NCBI GenBank assembly: GCA_013265495.1
Contig: MU057560.1
Location: forward strand, 632,753-696,752
DNA length: 64,000 nucleotides
Direction of reading: 5' to 3'
Source: Vicugna vicugna
Lineage: Eukaryota
In this document: positions 37,171-50,051 of the stretch, in pieces
Position numbering within the stretch: position 1 is the stretch's first letter
How the letters are laid out: each line of letters opens with the position of its first letter
Position numbers and translations under genes: made by a program
The notes under the pieces: model-generated
Databases searched by the model: none
What the model saw: the letters and a program-made list of their open reading frames with translations, nothing else
What the model was told of the DNA's origin: nothing

Positions 37171-39109
37171 TTTCCACATGGAAGGTCACTTGACCTCTGC
37201 AAGGAGGGTTAACATGCTTAATTCCTCTGCAGAAGGGGAAGAGAAAACATTGTGCATGGGATGTGAATGCTAATTTTCACTTTATTTCCCTGATCACCCC
37301 AAGACTGAGGTAACCATCTCTTCTAAAGCTTCCAAAACAACACATTGCTGACTTTTGTAGGCCTTTCTAAAAAAGAGAAAAAAAAAACCTATATAATTGT
37401 TGCCTGTTTACTTGTTTGCCTTTGAAGCTGTTCTGTCATCTTATTGAGGAACGAGTTAATTGTCACATTTTTAGTATGAAGCACAGTGTCTAATATATAA
37501 TAGATTATCAACAAATATCTATATAAATGAATTCATATCATAATTAACACAATGAAAAATGCACCTATTAACCAAAAGTTTGGAAATCAAATAATGAGAT
37601 TACCGATGCCTTTTTTTTCTCTAGTTTCTAAAAAACTTTAGGATGAGATTTCAATATGTTGCAGGGTGGGAGTGAGGGAAGTAAAAACACTGAGACGGCG
37701 GGACTTGGAACCTGGGTCCTTGTTCCAGATATTCCACAAACTCTGCAAACTTAACATTTTGGGGCTTAAGTAAAAAGCAAAGCTAGGAGATTGTGTTAGA
37801 TGCTGTCTAAAGCCCCTTCCAGCTATCACAGTGAGTGATATTAAAAACCAGATTCCTTTTCGTTGGTAAAATTGGAAATCTTATTATAAGCATTTCCTGT
37901 AAAACCTGATAGGGAGGGAAATGGCTGCTGGAAAAACAGGCAATTACAGGTTTCCTGATCATCTACTCTGTTCTCCTTGTGAACACGGAGAAAACCTATG
38001 GATGAAACTGAACGTGATCGTGTCAGTGGAGAACCACAGAAGTAACCATCAAGGTATGTCGCGGTGTGCCGTGAGTGCAAGCTTGGCGAGTAATCTGACC
38101 CTCAAGGATGCACTTAGATGTGGAACTGAGTGTATTCACAACACGATGGTTCTCACACAGAAAGGACAAGATCTGGAAAAGGTCACCTTGCTGACCACGT
38201 CTTGACACATCCAGGGAAGGAACTTCCGAGGCCATTCAATATGTTTGCTGGCTTCCAGGGCCCCTCTCAGAGGGTCATTGCTCTTCTCTTTAAGTATTTA
38301 TAGGCCTCTTCCTTTTGCTCTGCCTAATACACATCATCCTTGCTTTAGGGAACATTATATGCCTCTTAGGGGCTAACATACTACAGGAAAAATGCTTAAG
38401 GACTCAGATTTCAGACATTTTTAATGACTGGAAAGATTAGAGAGGGAAAATGAAGTCACGTAAGAGAACAAAGAACACTCCAGGAGAGCCCAGACTGTCC
38501 CTGCAGAGAAAAAGTATCCAAACCGAGGAAACAGGAGCCCCGTAGCTGGAGCGGTGTTCTAAGGCTCAGGTTGGAATCTCGTGTGTGCGAATGTCACTTT
38601 GCCTGGAAGGTAAAAGTTATAAAACAGGAAAATTTTGCTTAACCAGAAACGTAGCTAATTGGAAACTCCAAGTAAGGTAGTAGGGACAGCTCTGTATTTT
38701 AGAAGAAAGTAAGTCCCCAGAAAAAGTCCACGTAGAGAGTCGGTGTTGGCTCAGCGGAGCCGAAGCCCGTTCCGCCCGCCTTCCACGTACACAGAACTAT
38801 GTCCCGATGCTGCCCTTTATAAAGGTGTCCAGAGGCTTTTAAATTCTCTGTCTCTGTCTAAAGATACACTGTATTCCTTAGAGCCAAAATATTTCTGGAG
38901 GAACATAGACTTGGTAGAAAACTTTTCTTTCAAGTTCAAGCACTTAATGATTTCTTGTGAGTCCTTAATTGATCCGAAAATGAGGTGTCCCAGAATCCTT
39001 GTTCCCCCCCCTCTTTATTTTAATCCCAGATGTACTGAAAAGAAGGAATGAAGATAAAAATAATGACAATTGTGATGTAGGAATGACGATTGTGTTCAGA
39101 ATTGATGTT

Positions 39110-39960
39110 TGGAGCTGCTACAACTCAAGAGGAAAACAATCAAAACACAAACAATACCCAGATTAACAAATGAACTAAGGCCCTAAACATGTCTCAAAAG
39201 AGGACATACAAATGGCTAACAAGCATATGAAAAGATGTTCAGCGCCACTAAGCATTAGGGAAATGCGAATCAGAACCACGATGAGACACCACCTCCCCCC
39301 TGTCAGGACGGCTGCTGTCAGAAATCTAGACATGTGTTGAGAGGAGGTGGAGAAATCGGAACCCTGTGCACTGTTGGGGGGGTACAAAATGGTGCAGTCG
39401 TTAGGGAAAACAGTACAGAGTTTCCTCAAAAAATTAAAAGTGGAACTCCCGCCTGATTCAGCAGCCCCACTGCTGGGTAATTATCCAAAAGAGTTGGAAT
39501 CAGGATCTCCAAGAGGCATTAGCATTCCCACAGTAATTGCAGCAATATTTACAATACCTAAGATGTGCAAGCAACCTAAATGTCCATTTACAGATAAATG
39601 GATAAGAAATATATATATACACACACACACAATGGAGTACTGTTCAGTCTTTAAAAAGAAGGAAATTCTGTAACCTATGACAACACAGACGAACGTTGAG
39701 TGTATGGAGGATGTCAGGCGAAGTGAAATAAGCAAGTCACAGGAAGATAAATAGTGTGTGACTCCGCTTATCTGAGATATTCCAAAAGAGTCAAATCCAT
39801 CGACTCAAAGAGCAGAATGGCGGTTGCCAGGGGTGGGGCGGGTAGGGGCGGGGACGGGGGACTTGCGAAGTCACTAGCCAACGGGCATGAAGTTTCAGTT
39901 AAAAAAGAAGGGTCAGCTCTGGGGGGAACCTATGTTTGGGTAACAGCCCTGCACTGTTCA
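39110..39960 (+). mobile_element. LINE-1 3' region (L1MA/MB-like)
   Basis: gacatacaaatggctaacaagcatatgaaaagatgttcagc...; ORF 39347..39673 resembles the L1 ORF2 C-terminus; G-rich 3' UTR tract. Confidence 0.9.
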
Positions 39961-41102
39961 CTCCAGTTTTCAGAGTTGACCTTCACTCGGAAACCACAGC
40001 AGAAGTCAAGGAGCAGAAGCAGCTGTGTGGGGATGTTACATCTTAGAAGACGTGGTGCCAACAGGCAAAGACAGGCTTGACCTTTGTAGTTGGTTAGAGA
40101 AAAACAAAAAGGAAGGGAAAAAAAGAAACAGGGTGCGACCAAGTTGGCGCTGGTGCTGTCTGAGCGGTGAGGCGACTTTTCTTCCTTCTTGTGTGTTTGT
40201 TGGCAATTTTCTTTCGTGAGCTTTGTAGTACTTTACAACCCGAGAAAACACATTTTATAATTTTTATGAATAAACAGAAAGCCGCTGAAAAGACAAAAAA
40301 AAGTGAAGGTGCTCATATTCAAATCCAAAACTTGAAAACCCAAATCTTAAATAGGATGATGACTGTGACATGCACAGGACCATTCCCCTGCCCGAAGCCC
40401 CCATCCTGCTTCCTGCAGAGACGCAGCCCCGGCCCGCAGCTGCCTGTGTTCCCAAGTGGGTAAGATTTACTGTCTGGTGGGGGCAGGGAGGAGAACTGTT
40501 AGGAGATATTGATTGCAATTAACTTTGCCCCTGATGGGTGCACCACCCCAGGTGAGCCCTGCTATTTAGCAAATGGGGGAGACTCTCAAAGATTAATGGA
40601 GGTTGTCAGTAGGGTGGTGGGCTGGGGCCCAGAGGGTCACGTAACTCCATTTTCCCCACTCTGAAAGTGAAATTATCAGGGGTAACAGGGAGAGGGGTTA
40701 TGCGAGTGAAGAGAATGATCAATGCCACTGATCGTATTCCCACCCCTAATCACTGTGGCAGAGCTCAGAGAAACAAAGCTCCTTTTAGTGATGTTCTAAA
40801 GTGCACGACCTGGATGCCTTTCGCAATTAAATATAATTGCAAGAGTCTGTTTGCTTCCTGCCCGGTCCTCTCACTTCTGCCTCCTGTTGATGGAGGTCTC
40901 ACTGTGTCACCTCTGCAGTAAGTGCCTTTGTGTGGATTTCATGGAGCTGACAAAATGACCACCGCAGCAGAGGGAAGGGTACCTGAGACGTTCCAGGGCA
41001 CCTGCCTCCCCTTACATCGCATCATGGGTGCACCTGGCAAAGGAGACAGGTTGGTCCCATTGGAAGCGATGGGCTGTAAGTCAATAAATATACATATGTA
41101 TA

Positions 41103-41122
41103 TGTGTGTGTGTGTGTGTGTG
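41103..41122. repeat. (TG)10 microsatellite
   Basis: Direct reading of the sequence. Confidence 0.95.
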
Positions 41123-42204
41123 TACGTATCTATATACCAAAATAAGAATTGATGAGTCAGAAAGCACCTCTCCTGAGACTCGGAGCAGAATCAGGAGGCG
41201 GCAGATAACTGTGTGTGCTGCTTCTCAGCACTTCTCCATCACTCGGTAGCAACCATCTCCTTATTGGTTAGCTCCTGTGAAGGGCTACCGAGATAAATGC
41301 CATCATTCTTTGAGCCGACTGAAGAATGAACGGAAACAGAAGGGCAACAGCAGAGGCGAAATTTTTAAAAAGCGCAGATTCCCAAGGAGGAGCTCATGCA
41401 AAGAGATACAGCAGCAGAAAATCTCTGTGGCAGGTTGGCGTGTTCAGCTTCACTTGAGTTCCACCCGACTGGCCTCCCGGAACGGGCCTTTGTTACAGGG
41501 ACTCCTGCTCCCCTAAAGCAGTACGTCTTCTCAGGGACTATGGTGCCATCATAAATCATCGTTTGCGTGACGTATTTGTGCTAATAAATCCACATTAAAG
41601 AGAGAGAGTGAGAGAGAGAAAGGTAAGTGGTTAACAGTCAGCCACAGTTCTAAGCCGTAGGGAGACGAACGTCACCGTGGGTTTCTCCGGACACACAGGT
41701 TTGTGTGGCTGCCATCAAATTAAATGTGTTTTCTCCCCTGGGCAGCTGTAGCTGCGGGTCAGCATAGAGTGGCCCGGGGCAATGCCACTTCCCTTTGGGG
41801 TCAGGGGACTGGGAGCTCTCCATGTGACGGAAGATGCCCTGAAAGCAAAGATGTGAGAGAGCCGGTCGTAAGTATGTTTGTCTTGGATTCTCCTCAATTG
41901 CTTCTCCTAAACGACCAAAATCGAGCGAGTCTATTTAGTGGCTTGGAAAGAAAAGGAAGAGATGGATTACTCAAGAAACTAAAAATTTCCTCTGGAACCT
42001 CCCAAGAAGGCTCAGCGACCAGGAACACCCCTCGCAAGTCTGCATTCGGCTAAGAAGCCAAGTGCACAGCTGCTTCATGGGGACGTTGAAAACGTCTTCG
42101 AAGTTCACCCACCTTCTTTGTCTCAGCCTTTTCTGCAAAATGCTCCACATCAAACGCAGAGAATTAGTGGAGATGAAAGTGAAGAAATGCGGGCTATGCA
42201 ACCG

Positions 42205-42380
42205 GACCGAGCGGCGCTGGAGCTCTTACTCCATCTTCTGCTAAACGTGTGTCTCAGATTCCTGGTCTCAGTAATTGGGACAGTAACAACCATTTTGCAT
42301 GGGTTACTGTGGGGATGGACTGAGATAACACGTGTTAATGTTTAAAAATACACAAAGCAGTGACAAAACATCGCTCAGAA
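42205..42380 (+). mobile_element. MIR SINE
   Basis: gtgtctcagattcctggtctcagtaattgggacagtaac...catgggttactgtggggatggactgagataacacgtgt. Confidence 0.65.
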
Positions 42381-43509
42381 CCAGACGCACACTATGCGTT
42401 TAGGAATGTGTATTTTCCTTCCCATTTTTAATGAGGTAGTGTTTTTTTTTCATTTTATATCAGAAATCATCGAGGCAGACGGGACCGGAAAATTCGCCTA
42501 TCCCTTCACTCCTCGATTTGCGGATGGCGAAAGAGCTTTCGCAAAGACTTTAGAGAGTTGCTTTGGGGACGGCTAGCTAATAGCACAGATGGAGCTGGAT
42601 AAAGACCTCTGAACTTGTGCTTCAAGCTCTGCCACACTGAGCTTTTTCATAAAGAGGGATTGTTGATCTTTGTTTGTTTACCCAAATGAAACTTGTTTCT
42701 AGCTAAATATTCAAAACATTGAAAAATAAAAGCACACACAAATGACAAAAATCACTGTAACGCCTGCATCCAGAGAGAAATGCTGTTTTCTGCGCGAGTC
42801 TGGGAAATTTAGGGTCCCTCACACCAGTTTCTAACAGCGTCTATGGGAAAGGAATGGCCTTCTTGACACGCAGGAGAAGAACAGAACAAGGACCCTGCCT
42901 CGTCTGGGGATGGACAGGTGCTCTGTCTGACGTCCCAGCGTTTGCTGACGAGGCATCTCGGAAGAAGCAGTCCCTTTTCTCACGTGGAAAGTGAGAGCAG
43001 CTGTTTCTACCCGCCTTCTTCTCCCTCCGGCCAGACAGAGAGCGAAAGCCGCTACTGGCCACACGCGCCACTAGCCAGACTCTGCTCAATTTGGAATTAA
43101 TAAAGTTTTCAACCAAACCATTATTTCACTACATGGTGGAAAATATGCATTGATTCCATTGCCCAAATGTTTAAATTGTTTGGCCCCGTCGTAAGCCAAG
43201 TTTAAAATGGGAATTTTTGGCAAGAGGCAATCTCCTGATAAAAAGCATGTGTTGAAAAGAAAACAAAAGTAGAGTCGGAATACAGATTTTCATGCTGGGC
43301 CAGTGGACTAATCATTTATCTTGATCTGGGTATAAATCAAACCCCTCCATTGCCATGTTGACCTACAGAATAATTTGGCCTGATTTTAGAAAACTGTAGG
43401 AGTCAACCAATTGCACACGTGGGGTGTGTGCAAGTGAGTGTTCATGGAGGTGTGTGCAAACACTCGACTTGCACACACACAGGTATATCTGTAGACGCAG
43501 GTGTAATTA

Positions 43510-43543
43510 TGTGTGTGTGCACACTGTGTGTGTGTGTGTGTGT
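43510..43543. repeat. (TG)n microsatellite, interrupted
   Basis: tgtgtgtgtgcacactgtgtgtgtgtgtgtgtgt. Confidence 0.9.
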
Positions 43544-44829
43544 TGAGAGTGAGACACAGAGAGACCGACGTTTGATTCTGAGCCCCAAGATGATGCTGAG
43601 GACTGGTCTGGGGCACTGCCTGTAGCTAACAGGGGTCAAGGAGGACGGAGACACTGACACCATGATTGCGTGCCGGACGCTGCTCCATTGTGCACATGCA
43701 GTGTCCCTAATGGGCGCAAAGCCTCTCAGGGGTTGGTCTCACTCCCTTGGCTTTTCAAGTGGGGAAACAAGTTTAAAGAGAAAACATAACAGAGTCTCGG
43801 GCAACAAGAAGTTGAGCCCAAGTCCCCGGAAAGTCAAATCTTGTCTTTCACGGCTTTTCCCTCCTCTGCTCTGCCTCTTGCAGGGCCGGAGGGGTTTGAG
43901 CAGGTGGAGGGGGAGTGTGCAGGCAAGGAATAAGCAATAGCGTCTCGTTTAGTTCAAAGGGGACTGGGGGGCGGGTGGGTCCTACTGGGTCCTGCGGGAG
44001 GTGCGGGGAGGCAGCGCCCATGCCTGCAGGCACTTCCCGGAGTAACTGGCAGAGGAAGGGTGGGAGGGAGCATCGCTGGGACCTTCCCTTTCCGCCCAGC
44101 AGTGATACCCCTGGTGTCCTCAACATCCGGGGAGAAGCCCCTATAACCCCTCTCTCCTCAATACGACAGTGACTTTCGGTGTTAATCGAGTACCAATCCA
44201 CAATAATTATTACTTCCTTGCCTCATTCTTTGTTTTGAAAACAAACAACAGTTTAAATAGGAGAATAAATTTTAATTTTAAAGATATGCAAATTCAGTGG
44301 TAGATCTGGACTAAAATCTGCATTTACCAAGCCAGAAACATCTCACCTCAGGATTTGTGTCATCTCACTGTTTTCAACGTTATACAGGAATGGGAACCCC
44401 AAATGCTCCTGTGGAAGTACAGAGTCGGAGGAATTCCAAGCTATGTTTCTTCCTCTTCCCAATCACAATGATGGATCTAAATATAAATCTGAATCTACTG
44501 TTGTAACAGGACTACATAGGGCCCCCACGTGAGAAATAGCAGCCCGGCCTGGAGGGAGCCTGCCAGGTTCCAAACCATCATGACCCTGCTCAGACGCTGC
44601 CTGGGGCCGAGTGCACACGTGGGGACAGAGCCAAGAGTGGGTCCTGGGGCTCCAAGCCAGGCGACACCCCGAAGCAGTCGTACTCCCTCACTCCCAACTC
44701 AGCTTTATCATTATTATCACTAGCATTATCTTATTTTTTTCTGCCATCTACAGAAAGACAAAGAGGGAAAAGTATGCCTTTGCATTCTTCAGCACCTGGC
44801 CACGCTCCATGTCTGGGGACATGTCGGGT

Positions 44830-45708
44830 CTTTTTTTTAATTATTGAAGCATAATTGATTTACAATGTTGTCTTAGCTTCAGGTGTACAGCAAAGTGATT
44901 CAATTATACATATATATTATTATTTTTCAGATTCTTTTAGATTACAGGTTATTTACAAGATATTGAGTATAATTCCCTGTGCTATATGGTAGGGCTTTCT
45001 GTTTATCTATTTTGTATATAGTAGTTTGTGTCTGGTAATCGCAAGCTCCTAATTTATCCCTCCCCCACCTTTCCCCTTTGGTAGCCATAAGTTTGTTTTC
45101 TATGTATGTGAGTCTGTTTTTGCTTTGTAAATATGTTAATTTGTGTCATATTTTACATTCCACATGTAAATGATATCATATGATATTTGTCTTTGTCTGA
45201 CTTACTTCATTTAGTAAAATAATCTCTAGTTCCATCTATGTTGCTGCAAATGGCATTATTTCATTCTTTTTTATGGCTGAGTAGTATTCCATTGTATAAA
45301 TATACCACAGCTTCTTTATCCAGTCATCTGTCAATGGACATTTAGGTTGTTTCCATGTCTTGACTATTGTAAACAGTGCTGCTATGAACACTGGGGTGTG
45401 CGTATCTTTTCAAGTTAGAGTTTTCTCTGAATGTATGCCCGGGAGTGTGATTTCTAGATCATAGGGTAAGTCTATTTTTAGTTTTTTAAGGAACTGCCAT
45501 ACTGTTCTCCATAGTAGCTACACCAAACTACATTCCCACCAACAGTATAGGAGGGTTCCCTTTTCTCCATACCCTCTCCAGCATTTATTACTGATAGACT
45601 TTTTGATGATGGCCGTTCTGGCAGGTGGGAAGTGGTACCTCATTGGGGTTTTGATCTGCATTTCTCTGATAATGAGCGACGTGGAACGTCTTTTCACATG
45701 TCTGTTGT
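44830..45708 (-). mobile_element. Relatively young LINE-1 3' end, 5'-truncated
   Basis: Poly(T) then attgaagcataattgatttacaatgttg...; near-identical blocks with 15897-16642 (ttcattcttttttatggctgagtag; aaactacattcccaccaacagt). Confidence 0.95.
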
Positions 45709-46014
45709 GAGGTCCTTGATTCGCTCCTCAGCGCTTGTACTGAAGGGACTCACTTGATGTGCACAAGGCCTCCTGGCCCGTGTGCGGGGGAGACGGAGTA
45801 GAAACCCAGGGCTGCCTAATGCCAAAACTGGCGCGCTGGTCCCGTGCACCCCTGCAGGCACGTTTTGGGCACAGTGGAGAGCACACAGAATGTGACCAAC
45901 TGTAATGGCTGGACGGTCTGCTTCTGCTGGACTGTACCCCCAGCAGGCAGCCGGGCAGCCGAGCGGGACGCAGCTGATCGCCGCAGGTTTCTGCGGAAAG
46001 CCAAGGTTTAAAAG

Positions 46015-46160
46015 GGTCGGGCTGATGGGTGGCCTTGACGGTTGCACAGCAACACGAACGTCCTTAGTTCCACTGAACTGTGCACTTGAAAATAGTTTAA
46101 ACAGTAAATTTTCTGTTACGTACATTTTACCATCATCTTCTAAAAAAATTAAAAGAAGAA
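46015..46160 (+). mobile_element. Old L1 extreme 3' end
   Basis: gacggttgcacagcaac...ccactgaactgtgcacttgaaaatag...tacattttacc followed by an A-rich tail. Confidence 0.75.
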
Positions 46161-47029
46161 AAATTAGGCCGACGGTAGGGTGAGGTATGAACTGGAGGAG
46201 AAAAACTATTCTGGTGGAGACCAGATCTTTCAGAAGAGTTTCTAGAAAGAAATGTAGTTATTCTACTTAAAAAAAAAAATCCATGAGTATGACTTCAACA
46301 GTCAGGCATTATTAGACGCCTTCCACTCTAGGTTGGGTTTTTACTCAGGCCTGACGTTCAGTGATTTACTGGGCCTTCCAAGGAAAGCAATAAACTCAAT
46401 TAGAGGCTTGTTTACTGAAAAAAAAATGCCTATGAGTTGCACGGAATGTTTCTGCTCTCATTGGCATTCCTGGAGCCCCTCTCGCCGGCTAGATGGGAGC
46501 CCTCCCCCTCCCCAGGAAGACAGACCCACGCCTGTTTGCCGGGTCCTCTGGGGACAGCCCAGCCCACGCTGCCACGTGGACCCCACATTTGGAACGGTGC
46601 TTCCTATGCTGTTTGACGCTGAGCATTTTTTGTTTCTACATTTTGTCTGTATTTGCCAATAGGCTTCTTTGCTTAATTAGGAGAAAAGGTTTGGGAAACA
46701 GAATTGCACGAATCAACAGAAAATAATTGCATCTCAGATACGAGGTTTTAGGAAAATTGTCTGCTCATCCCTCTCTCCCACTCCCTCCCTCCAGCTGTCC
46801 CCTGCCAATATGAGTCCACTGGGAAGAATATTTTAAAAGACAGCGGGTAATTAAGATGTTTTTGGCACTGAGTAAAAGTTCCACATGATTTTTCATCATA
46901 CGGTGGGTTTGAAAGTGTCCCCATGTGGCATAAGGATCCACAACTGTCAAGTGAACTTGAAGATCAATTCAAAATCAATCTTAAAAAAAATAGCATTTTA
47001 AAGGGGGAAACAACCTTAACAATTTAACT

Positions 47030-47145
47030 TAATCTCCCCCATTTGACAGATGAGCAGACTGAGGCACGGAGGGATTAACTGACCATCCACAGAACTAGCC
47101 AGTGACAGAGAGAATAAAAACCACGTGCCCAGCATCCTGAGTTCA
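47030..47145 (-). mobile_element. MIR SINE core
   Basis: atctcccccatttgacagatgagcagactgaggcacggagggatta. Confidence 0.75.
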
Positions 47146-47384
47146 GCTACTGTTTATTTTATGGAAGAAGAATAAAATCTGCTCATTGTTTATTTCACGG
47201 TTGTAAAAAAGGCATGTGTTCAAAATGACAACACATTTAAATTATGAGCATAATTATAAAATCACTACACTGCATCAACATAATAGTATTAATACAAGAG
47301 TAAGGGAGTTTGACAATAAATAAAAGGCAACTTAAAATTGAGAAACCCAAAGCGGGAGGAGAAGCTGAGAACATGCAACCGTGT

Positions 47385-48330
47385 CTCTCATTCATTATTT
47401 ATTTATGCAGGTACAGGGACCTTCAGTCTGTTGACACTGACATGAGGATGAATAAAACTGTTCTAAGCCCCCGTGTTCAGCAGGAAACAGAACCCAGCAG
47501 AGACGTCTGACATGCATAATGTGGCCCTTCTTGGCAGTTTTGCAGAAACAGAGAGGACTGGATCCTGGAAAGCATCTCTGGAAAGAAGCAACATTGGCTG
47601 GGTTTCAGTGGTTCAGATCCAAAGCTCCAGGGTCCAGTGGGCACTGACACTTGGGAAGTGAAGACAATCTAGTCTCTGCCCTCAAGGAGTCTGCAGTCTA
47701 GAGGGGCAGGCAGAGATGAGAAGACAAGTTCATACCATGCGTGTCCGGGAGGAGGCCCCGTGCAGGGCAGCCTAGGGAGGGTTCCAGAACCAGCCTCTTC
47801 CTGGGAAAGGAGTGGCCCCCAGGGAGTCTTGAAGAACACGGAGTGAGTTAGGGCTCGTGTGTATCTTCCAGCAGGAGGATGAAAGGGCAAAGGGGGACAC
47901 AAGGCTTTCTCAGACTCTGGGGTGTGACAGGAGGGGCAAGAAAGCAGGGCAGGGGCTGGGTCATGGAGAGCGCCCTGAGGACAGGTGCCACCAAGGTGTG
48001 GGGCAGACAGACAAGACTCGTACCTCGACCCAGCCACTTAGATGAGGGAGCGGTCTCAAGAATGGCCGGGCAGCTCCTGAGCCAGGAGGCTGAGGGACGA
48101 GGTGACAAAGTTCCAGCATGACACAGTAAAACCGCTCATAAGCTCAGTGGCCATGGAGACGGAAAGGAAAGGAGAGATTTTAATTCTAAAAACATGCGTG
48201 ATGCTTTATAGGATGTGAAGGAAGTGGGATTTGGGGGGAGCTCTGTTATATTTCTCACTCGATGGATGGATGTGAGGTCATGGGACTGAGATGAGAGGAA
48301 AAGGTATTTGGAGATGAGATAAAGGCTTTG
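47385..48330 (-). mobile_element. L2 fragments
   Basis: cattcattatttatttat; tctgccctcaaggagtctgcagtctagagggg; gatggatgtgaggtcatgggactgagatgag. Confidence 0.6.
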
Positions 48331-48929
48331 GTGATCAAATCAGGCTACGGGGCAGTACATGTAATGCAATGTGACGGATTGAACAAGGTTTGCCATGTGA
48401 AAGGTTCTGTTCATTCACTATAAAGAACTAGCAGGGCCACCAATGGTAAGGTTGATAACTAATTTCAGTAACGATTAAATTAAATCAAACATTTTACCAA
48501 GCATCTCCTATGAGCGCCCAGCCTCGAGGGACAGTGTTACTATCGCAACTCAAGAAGTGTCTTCAGATTTTAAGAAATTAAAAAAAAAACAAGAAGCCGG
48601 TGATTGAACAAGAAAAGTCAAAGTCCCAAATCCCAAGTTCTTCCCAGTGCCGCACATTTTAATATCATGTGTCTGAATGTCATCCGTGATTTTGTAAGCT
48701 GTCTTACCTGTGTCATGCGACTCATGGAAGGCCCTTTAAAGATCTACCCAACACCCCATGGTGGGTGGGGTCACAAGATCAGGAGCAGCCAAGGTGGCCC
48801 CGGCTGCCCCTCCAGCCCTTTGGGGTCTCCAGACTCCAAATTCAGCAGCGTCCTAATGGGCTCCTGGGTGTCACCAGGGCTTGCGTCTCGTGGGCTCACA
48901 GTCCTGCCAGCCCCCCTAAGGTGCCCGCC

Positions 48930-49600
48930 CCCTGCTCTCTCCTCCCCTGGCTCCTGGTTGTGAGTCTGGCCCGGCCTCCACCCTCCTGGGCCGCAGCGTG
49001 CTCCTAGGAAGCTTCCCCCACGGCTGCCGGCCCAGCCCGGGCCTCCTGCCGTGCGGCCTCCGCCCTCTACCCGACTCGGCCCTGCTGGGTGAGGCCCAGC
49101 GCATCCGCCCGGCGCTTCGGACATCCTGCAGAAGCCGCGTCCCCCGCCTCAGCGGGGGGCAGGACAGGCGTGCGGCCGCCGGACCTGGGTCAGGATCACG
49201 GCCGCCTGCCCCTTCACCAGGAACAAGCTGCGTCCCACGCCCGGACCAAGCGTCCTCGGTCTGAGTCTGCGAGCAGCCGCCTGGGCCGCGGCTCCCGCTC
49301 CTCTCCCCTCCTGCTCAGGCTGAATTTCGTCTGAGGCTCCGCCGGAACTCCGGCGGGTCAGTGTCACTGACCACCCCGGACAATCAGTCACCAGGTCCTC
49401 CTGCCTCGTCCGCTGCTGCGTTCTCAGTGCCTTGTTTTCATATCCCCTAGCGCCCTCCAACGTTTCTCACTACTTTTGACGTTGTGCTTGTGGTGCGCCT
49501 TCCCCGGGGCATCACCTCCACGCAGGGCCCGCTGCGGTGTCACCAGTGCCTCCTGCCTGCATCCACACCAGATGCTCAGTGGATGACCTGTTGAGAGGAC
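48930..49600 (+). mobile_element. GC-shifted L2 fragment forming a CpG-rich patch
   Basis: cttcccccacggct...ctctacccgactcggccctgctgggtga...; caatcagtcaccaggtcct; gatgctcagtggatgacctgttgag follow the L2 block order. Confidence 0.45.
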
Positions 49601-49690
49601 ACCCTGGCAATGATGGAATTGAGCCCACAGGTGATCAACAGGTGAAATTTATCCAGCGTCTCGAGCTCACAGGTGGTTGAACTTCAAGTT

Positions 49691-50051
49691 CAGTTGACCC
49701 TGGAACCATGAGGGGCTGGGGTGCCCATCCCTGCACACAAATGAAAACATGAGTATAATTTTTGAATCCCCCAAAACTTAACTACAGATATCCTACTGTC
49801 CGACAGAAGCCTTTCAAATAGCATAAACAGTCAATGCGCACAAATTTTGTGTTATATGTATGTTTACCCATATTTTATTAATTTGTGACATATCTTTTTT
49901 TCTTTTCAATATTTCCAGGATACACAGTTCATCTGCTAGTGTTTTCAAACTGTAGCAAATCTCAAAAAAAAAGTCCAATGTATTTACTGAAAAGAACCCG
50001 CATGTAAGTGGACCCGCACAGTTCAAAGCCGTGTTGTTCAAAGGTCAGCTG
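49691..50051. mobile_element. Tigger2a-like non-autonomous DNA transposon
   Basis: Terminal inverted repeats cagttgaccctggaac ... gttcaaaggtcagctg; internal aagtggacccgcacagttcaaa. Confidence 0.9.

Noticed and set aside
37950..38053. Possible exon ending at AAG|GTATGT
   Set aside because: Acceptor lacks a polypyrimidine tract; insufficient evidence
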